Shown: in pieces, positions 59,201 to 64,000 of the stretch | How the letters are laid out: every line of letters starts with the position of its first letter | Numbering within the stretch: the stretch's first letter is position 1 | Origin: a virus | Lineage: Duplodnaviria; Heunggongvirae; Uroviricota; Caudoviricetes | IMG/VR virus record: IMGVR_UViG_2851938318_000001 | Length of the DNA: 64,000 nt | Reading direction: 5' to 3' (one strand) | Translations under genes and position numbers: made by a program | The notes under the pieces: model-generated | Seen by the model: only the letters and a program-made list of their open reading frames with translations | Databases searched by the model: none | What the model was told of the DNA's origin: nothing

Positions 59201-60828
59201 CTGCCAGCACCAACTACCCCCATGATCCCTGCTCGCATCAGTTTGAACGCAACCATCGCGGCCACGACCTTACCGAGATTAATTACCAGCTCTTGGTTCT
59301 TTGCTAACCATTGAGCAAGCTGACGCAACCCATCGATTGCCGTCGTTAACCCCGAACCTAAAGAATTGGCAAACGAAATCCCTTCGGCGCTATTCATGAT
59401 TGAAGCCAGTTCTTTCATCCCCTTTGATAGAGAATCCAGATATCCGGCCTGACCAACTCGATCAGCAAATAACGTGAATGACGTCTGAAGTTGCGCCAGC
59501 GCACCTGTGTAGGTTTGCATCATGTCTTTCGCTGCGTTCTCGTTCTCCGCACGCAGACCAACAAACATCAGAGACAACGCCTGTTTTGCCTCAACCGTAC
59601 CGCTGGCAACAGCTTTAGTCAGTTCCCCCATAGTGATGCCTGCGGCATCTGCCATTGCCTGCATCGCGTTAGGAACGGCTTCACCTAATTGCTGACGTAG
59701 CTCTTCCATTGACACAACGCCCTTACCGGACATCTGCTGAACGGCCACAGCCGCACGTTTCAACAGCTCACTATCACCACCAAAACGAGCAACGGAGTCC
59801 ACCAGCGCCTTCAGAGAACCATCGGTTGGATCTAAGCCAGCAGAACGAAACTTCACGAAGGAATCTGTTAACGCCTGCATCGCGAACGGCGCATTTTGAG
59901 CCATGTCTACGATGTACTTCATATCATCAGCGGCAGCCTGGCCAGGGTTGGACTTCTCCTTATTCAACCCTCGAAGCATCACCCGCATACGTTCCATTTC
60001 GGCCGCAGCTTCAACAATAGGCTTCTGCCACCCAAACATGATGTCAGTAACCGTTCTGGCTGCATCTCCGATCTCGCCAAGCAGGAAAATGTTGCCACGA
60101 AGGCCAGAGAACATACCTCCTTCGTTATTTTTACCGCTGTGACCAGAAGCGCCGCTACGCTGCCCGCTACCACCATCGCCACTTCCAGATGTACGAACGC
60201 GTACCGGCTTGCTAATCAGTTGCTGACGTCCGATAACTTCGTCCATCTGCTCACGAACCTTTTTCAGTCCCTCGGCAGCCTGACTCGTTGTGACCCCCCA
60301 ATTACTGAGTCGCTTCGTCGTGGTATTAAGGCGCGTATTCATGCCACTCACGGACGCAGATGCTTCTTTGACCTCCGTTCCAAAGCGGCTTGCGCTTTTG
60401 CTTGCATAGGTCGCCCAATCAGAGAAATCATTTAGCTCTGATTGCACTTTACGTAATGACGCAGTGAGTTTATCTACTGAAGAAGTTGTCGTATCGACGC
60501 GCTCAATCAGGGCTTTAAGACCAGAATTGAGGCTGGTGATGTTGCCACGCATTTTACGCGTAGCATCTGAAGCAAGCTCAAAACCGGCAGCTACATCCTG
60601 TAGTTTATCTGCCGTAGAATCGAGCTTGCTTTCCAGAACGCCAATGATACGGGCGACCGAACCCAAAGAGCGTTCAAAGGTTTGGATTTTTTGAGCAGGC
60701 TTTGTTACCTGCTCACCAAATCGAGTAAGCAGTTTCCCCGCACGATCGATTGACGCTGTAAACTGTTTGTCTTCCAGCGACAGGATAAACTCTACGTTTT
60801 GTGACATTCCCTTGTCATCCTCTGCCAA
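56248..60828 (-). CDS. Tail tape measure protein
   Basis: 1526-aa protein with long coiled-coil/alpha-helical regions and hydrophobic segments; lambda H position. Confidence 0.8.
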   Translation of the reverse strand: MAEDDKGMSQNVEFILSLEDKQFTASIDRAGKLLTRFGEQVTKPAQKIQTFERSLGSVARIIGVLESKLDSTADKLQDVAAGFELASDATRKMRGNITSLNSGLKALIERVDTTTSSVDKLTASLRKVQSELNDFSDWATYASKSASRFGTEVKEASASVSGMNTRLNTTTKRLSNWGVTTSQAAEGLKKVREQMDEVIGRQQLISKPVRVRTSGSGDGGSGQRSGASGHSGKNNEGGMFSGLRGNIFLLGEIGDAARTVTDIMFGWQKPIVEAAAEMERMRVMLRGLNKEKSNPGQAAADDMKYIVDMAQNAPFAMQALTDSFVKFRSAGLDPTDGSLKALVDSVARFGGDSELLKRAAVAVQQMSGKGVVSMEELRQQLGEAVPNAMQAMADAAGITMGELTKAVASGTVEAKQALSLMFVGLRAENENAAKDMMQTYTGALAQLQTSFTLFADRVGQAGYLDSLSKGMKELASIMNSAEGISFANSLGSGLTTAIDGLRQLAQWLAKNQELVINLGKVVAAMVAFKLMRAGIMGVVGAGSQMVSTFATMATAIQTPFNLGATAVTRFNRAARMGLAPIPSLIFAIRGAITGLKGAFAGLTAFIAANPIGFVFTAAMTAVAGLITYMTMLRSETSKVVDEIRKIPEAMTAAKRAQMAEYKARLEQQITQKEQELKSGEKVVYGPGMAGTTVKINHDERKRIENELNELRKKRDETNETIARGDLAVAKRLAKETAESQIEKILEENRDFAATFVKARQEALEKIQKIKDDGSLSDDEKNKLLAPLRETVNKSYLEPAQKLVDSLSSRKNATEKQIATLNDQLEKAKKEGNTEQIQKLQGSIRGYQEHLEVVAQELTQAEFKRDNAAKSGNGLVSINGDVLGLGTTDKAAQKALAQYMRNQMDSATYQRTLPDGTPMMDFEGKPIIGPKQLKTQLNLQKASSASSLEKMSDEERAAAIAALTKAREQDAAAAEKAAQRSANASQRAAKKEQAAQQKLAAGYQKALDKADQLMGQMGESSKATVSFDQSLRDTTKSLTDLANAVPNEFITQEMIDKAKKRLEDLKNATPEYREMFNRRNVEQMISTWAPESDSIISAGYTPSREEKVADFEDTYNRNLKALIELRDKASDPKVVALYTKKINQLIAAGNTALIKETGTATQKLALEYENLAEQIESTWTDLFSGLTDVLTDFVINGKMSFSSLSQSILKDITNMVVKSQITLPLMNMLGMGTTAAGSSQSGNLLTGVASAVANQGVRMGNTVNGDKSVGEATKETSSSVTGLGQTTQQTTSAIGTATNAIGSWVSGLFDSTEAKDAETKAVKDSIFSMQNLSSVTGALSAAFAMLGANASGSGNKWLSFGATVASGLVSAWAGGGFDSVTSSSAKTTTSSVADGTKGIPAIPKFANGGIFGKDGVIPLRAYQKGGIANSPQLALFGEGSMNEAYVPLPDGRTIPVTLSTDGMSGGGNVLSPVSIEINVHSDGSTTESGDTESIWNNAAQRMKAIALETIAQEKRPGGSLNPNTQRN

Positions 60829-61201
60829 ATATTTGCATCAGTTGCTCTTTGGCGTCAGGGTCTGCCTTATCCTGGCTTGGATCGTAGACTTTATCTGTTA
60901 CGACTGGTCTTCCAATCCTGAGTTGCAAACCCTCCATGAACGCCTTCACAGCCTCGCCATCCGCCTGGGACGCACGAGCGACTTGTAAGTTGCGGACATC
61001 CTCTTCCGCACGCAGACGGTCTATATTGCGACTGAGCATCCAGAACATCGTGAGAGGGATGTTCAATAGCTCTAATGGCGACACAGCGTAGTGAGCAACT
61101 ACACGACTGAAATAGAATCCGAGATCTATTGAAACGGTCCTTGTCCCGGATTCATCGCGGGAAATTACTTTGCCCCTTCGCCAGCCGCTTTTTCGTTTTC
61201 T
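60815..61201 (-). CDS. Tail assembly chaperone T-frame segment (expected GT fusion by -1 frameshift)
   Basis: The -1 frame is open from 61201 through the G stop to 60815. Confidence 0.45.
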   Translation of the reverse strand, partial: RKRKSGWRRGKVISRDESGTRTVSIDLGFYFSRVVAHYAVSPLELLNIPLTMFWMLSRNIDRLRAEEDVRNLQVARASQADGEAVKAFMEGLQLRIGRPVVTDKVYDPSQDKADPDAKEQLMQIFGRG

Positions 61202-61482
61202 TCATCAATCACTTCCATAGCGAAGGTGAAGATCTGCTGGAGTTGCGGAACAGTCAGTTTTTCAAGAACTTCGTCAGGTACTGAAGGGATAACCTTACGA
61301 ACCAGATCTGCATAAGCTGTCACTTGCTCAACAGGAGACATGTTCATGAGATCTTTACCTTCCATCTGCTTGATGGAAACGAACAGACCTACCGTCATTT
61401 CAACGATGGGATATTCCTGACCGCCAAATTTGATGCTTTTCTTCGGAGGCAGAATGGAATCGAGATCGAGTAATTTGGTCAT
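61165..61482 (-). CDS. Tail assembly chaperone G-like
   Basis: 105-aa acidic protein between major tail and tape measure genes. Confidence 0.6.
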   Translation of the reverse strand: MTKLLDLDSILPPKKSIKFGGQEYPIVEMTVGLFVSIKQMEGKDLMNMSPVEQVTAYADLVRKVIPSVPDEVLEKLTVPQLQQIFTFAMEVIDEENEKAAGEGAK

Positions 61483-61537
61483 TGGTTAAAATCCTTTTAA
61501 AAGAGAGGCCCATCCTGAGCCTCTGCTTAATTACTGA

Positions 61538-62320
61538 TTAATCTGCGGGGTTAATCGTTACTGACTTAGTAGCCTTCTTAGAACCGCTATTGCTGGTGAA
61601 GGAGATGTTTGCAGTACCCTGCGCCACACCACGTACCAGACCCGTTTGATCTACCGTGGCCTTTTCCTGGTCTTCGGATTCCCAAACACCGGTTTTGTCT
61701 GCGGCATCAGCTGGAGTGATTTCGGCTGTCAGTTGCACAGTTTCTCCAGCTTTTACGGTTGGAGATTCCGGTGTGATCGACACAGTTTTTACCGGTTTGG
61801 GACCGCTCATTTTGCCCAGAACGCCTTCATCATCCGGGTATGCGCTGAACTGAACAGAGAACACACGAACATCATCAGACTGGTAGGTCATAGTGAAGTT
61901 GCCCGCGGTTGCCGCTTTCGGAATGGTCAACACATAGTCGGTGGTGTCCTGCGGAGTCAGAACCAGCTCCTTCGCCACATCGATCAGGTTGACGCCCTGT
62001 GCAGATGTGATCGTGACAGAGTTGTCATCTTCGCTCAGAGTAGAACCGGGCATCAGGTCAACCATGTTTTGGAGTACAGACTCAGCCAGAGGCGCGGTGA
62101 TGGTAATGTTGCGCCCCTGAACTAATTCGGAAATTACGGTCTGCCCCAACTGATCGACGGTGACTTTCAGCGTTTCAGTGGCTACTTCAACCTGAACACC
62201 ACCTTTGGTGTAACCCAAATCCACACCACCAAACGACACCTTACAGGCACCAAGTTTGATGTTTTTTACATGGGTATTAGACATTGATGGAAAACTCCTT
62301 TTTCCGTTAATTCTACGCAT
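61538..62320 (-). CDS. Major tail protein V-like with C-terminal Ig-like (Big_2) domain
   Basis: Position upstream of G/T; C-terminal Big_2-like segment TVKAGETVQLTAEITPADAADKTGVWESEDQEKATVDQTGLVRGVAQGTANISFT. Confidence 0.7.
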   Translation of the reverse strand: MRRINGKRSFPSMSNTHVKNIKLGACKVSFGGVDLGYTKGGVQVEVATETLKVTVDQLGQTVISELVQGRNITITAPLAESVLQNMVDLMPGSTLSEDDNSVTITSAQGVNLIDVAKELVLTPQDTTDYVLTIPKAATAGNFTMTYQSDDVRVFSVQFSAYPDDEGVLGKMSGPKPVKTVSITPESPTVKAGETVQLTAEITPADAADKTGVWESEDQEKATVDQTGLVRGVAQGTANISFTSNSGSKKATKSVTINPAD

Positions 62321-62358
62321 TCATTGCGCTAATGGTAAGTATATACTTACCTATTGAC

Positions 62359-62742
62359 TTAATTCAATAAATAGCCAGCAAATTCAACAGGAATGCCTGC
62401 TTCTATTAATGCCCCATCATTTTTGGGATAAATGATTGGCATCGCCATCGGTCGTACAAGTCGAAAATAAACACCACCAGATTCCGTTTCCTCTACTGGA
62501 AACATCTCAATGATTTTATTGGCTTTCTCAACCGTCGTAGTAATTGACGAACCACGCACAATGATTGTGAATGATTCGTGATAAAAGCCCTGTAGCTCAT
62601 GATCGATGCAGATGCCGGTATTTGGGTTAATAAGCAAGACGCCAGATTTCACATTGGCAGGCAAGTAGTGACAGAAAATGTCAGTCCCGACCGTGCCAAT
62701 CTTTGCCTTCTGCATCAAACTTGCAAACGCTTCGATAAACAC
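62359..62742 (-). CDS. Tail terminator protein U-like (127 aa)
   Basis: Position immediately upstream of the major tail gene; start set at GTG 62742 with GAGG RBS, just after the upstream gene's stop. Confidence 0.4.
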   Translation of the reverse strand: MFIEAFASLMQKAKIGTVGTDIFCHYLPANVKSGVLLINPNTGICIDHELQGFYHESFTIIVRGSSITTTVEKANKIIEMFPVEETESGGVYFRLVRPMAMPIIYPKNDGALIEAGIPVEFAGYLLN

Positions 62743-62743
62743 A

Positions 62744-63217
62744 TTAACCTCTCGTAAAACCGGCTTTTCTGGCAGCCTCAAGAATCGCTTCTGAGAACTG
62801 CTTCTCGCTAATTTCCACCGCTCTTTCCAGAAAGTGTGGCCCAACACGAGGTTTAACACCGGCAATTGGTGGATTTGTCACGTTCTTCATTCGAGAAAGA
62901 TAACCGAGTCGATATTTACCCAGCTCCATGTACTTAGCATAGTCACCTACTTCTACGCCCGGATGCCCCTGACGTGGTTTTGCTCCAGACACAGAAAGCT
63001 CAATGCGCAGCCCTGAATAACCTTCTTTAATCACCCTGGCAAAGATAGCTGTCTCCAGAGATCCGGTTTCCAGCGGAGCCATTGCACGGCTGAGACGCTC
63101 AACCAAACGCGCCAGCTTTTCCATGTCCCGAATAAGATATCGCTTAAATGCTTTCTGGCTGTTGTTGAGTCTATTCCCCGCACGTTTGAACTGATGCGCA
63201 TCGTATTTCAGACCCAT
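62744..63217 (-). CDS. Tail completion / head-tail joining protein (Z or HK97 gp10-like)
   Basis: 157-aa ORF at the lambda Z position. Confidence 0.4.
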   Translation of the reverse strand: MGLKYDAHQFKRAGNRLNNSQKAFKRYLIRDMEKLARLVERLSRAMAPLETGSLETAIFARVIKEGYSGLRIELSVSGAKPRQGHPGVEVGDYAKYMELGKYRLGYLSRMKNVTNPPIAGVKPRVGPHFLERAVEISEKQFSEAILEAARKAGFTRG

Positions 63218-63648
63218 ATATTCGCCCCCACTTCAAGATGCCCAGGTCTTCCTCGTAGCCCCCAGCGACGATGAACACTGGACACCTTTAATTTTTGACC
63301 TTCAAGGATCAGCACATCATCAAGTTGTACAGCCGCTTCTAAAGGGACAACTAACACAGCATCAAACAACTCCAGACTCGCCTTACCACGGCTACCAGAG
63401 CTATCAGCACGAACTGACGATTTCTCATTACTCTGTTCGAACTTAACCACGCCGACATTCGTCTTCCTGACGAATTGCAATTGCGCCTCGCCGTAAACGT
63501 TCTTTGCGCCAAAGCGGTAGATCGCAATTTCTGTTTGCCATGAAATATTCATGCTCTCTCCCTGTTGTTGTCGGTCGCTCTCATTACTGGCCAAAAACCA
63601 TTTCGACCAAAAGTAAATAATGCGACTAGCGTTACGCACGGCGAACAA
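63208..63648 (-). CDS. Hypothetical head-tail joining protein
   Basis: ORF overlapping neighbours in a head-tail connector position; start uncertain. Confidence 0.35.
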   Translation of the reverse strand: MFAVRNASRIIYFWSKWFLASNESDRQQQGESMNISWQTEIAIYRFGAKNVYGEAQLQFVRKTNVGVVKFEQSNEKSSVRADSSGSRGKASLELFDAVLVVPLEAAVQLDDVLILEGQKLKVSSVHRRWGLRGRPGHLEVGANIWV

Positions 63649-64000
63649 TCATACGGTTGTTAATGTAACTGACCAGCAAGCGCCAGGTACTGCGAGCCAC
63701 ATGCACGTTTGCAGCTTTACCGGTACGGTACATGTTGGTTGTTTCACCGATGGACTCTGACAAAATGCCATCTTCTCGTGCTGCGGCAACATCATTGCCA
63801 TTTGCGATCTCACACGCTTCGTTGACAACGGCAAGCATCAACGCTTCTTTGAAGTAGTCAGGGAACTCTTCAAACTTCTCCTGCGTCATCTTTTCCCAAT
63901 CGACTAAATCATGCCGGTACGCTCCGTCTGCTCCCCACGGAATGTCATACACATTCAGCATATTTTGAGGGCGATCGTATCGGTCAAAGTCGATACGTAG
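63632..64000 (-). CDS. Hypothetical phage structural protein, 5' end beyond the window
   Basis: Open frame runs to the window end. Confidence 0.35.
   Translation of the reverse strand, partial: LRIDFDRYDRPQNMLNVYDIPWGADGAYRHDLVDWEKMTQEKFEEFPDYFKEALMLAVVNEACEIANGNDVAAAREDGILSESIGETTNMYRTGKAANVHVARSTWRLLVSYINNRMIVRRA

Noticed and set aside
56342-60435. Antisense and out-of-frame ORFs inside the tape measure gene
   Set aside because: Embedded in the 1526-aa tape measure ORF; no independent support.
1-64000. CRISPR arrays, rRNA genes, integrons
   Set aside because: No regularly spaced short repeat-spacer arrays and no rRNA-like sequence were seen; the only tandem repeats are iterons and coding repeats in tail genes.

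Overview
This window looks like part of a siphovirus-type phage-plasmid (SSU5/pHCM2-like architecture) from an enterobacterial host, heavily colonised by six identical IS3-family IS629/IS1203-like elements. Left end: RepA initiator plus an iteron array split by two tandem IS copies, then small accessory genes and an SPFH lipoprotein. Middle: a T4-flavoured replication/recombination set (DnaE-like polymerase, UvsY-like mediator, gp32-like SSB, 5'-3' exonuclease, RecA-like recombinase, CobS/CobT-like pair, ligase, primase, DnaB-like helicase), a tyrosine recombinase with a lox-like site, three toxin-antitoxin candidates, glutaredoxin, four minus-strand tRNAs (Ser, Thr, Tyr, Asn), and ParA/ParG partition genes. 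Right end: lysis candidates and a lambda-order tail module (tail fiber, J, I, K, L, M, tape measure, G/T, V, U, Z-like). The IS elements have damaged the element: an inversion between two inverted copies splits the recA-like gene and separates dnaE from its start codon, J is interrupted, and L carries a frameshift. The best candidate for an undescribed system is an AT-rich 302-aa gene with an R-x4-H (HEPN-like) motif next to the tRNA cluster; this is a hypothesis, not a recognised family. All calls rest on reading the sequence and ORF translations; no database search was run.
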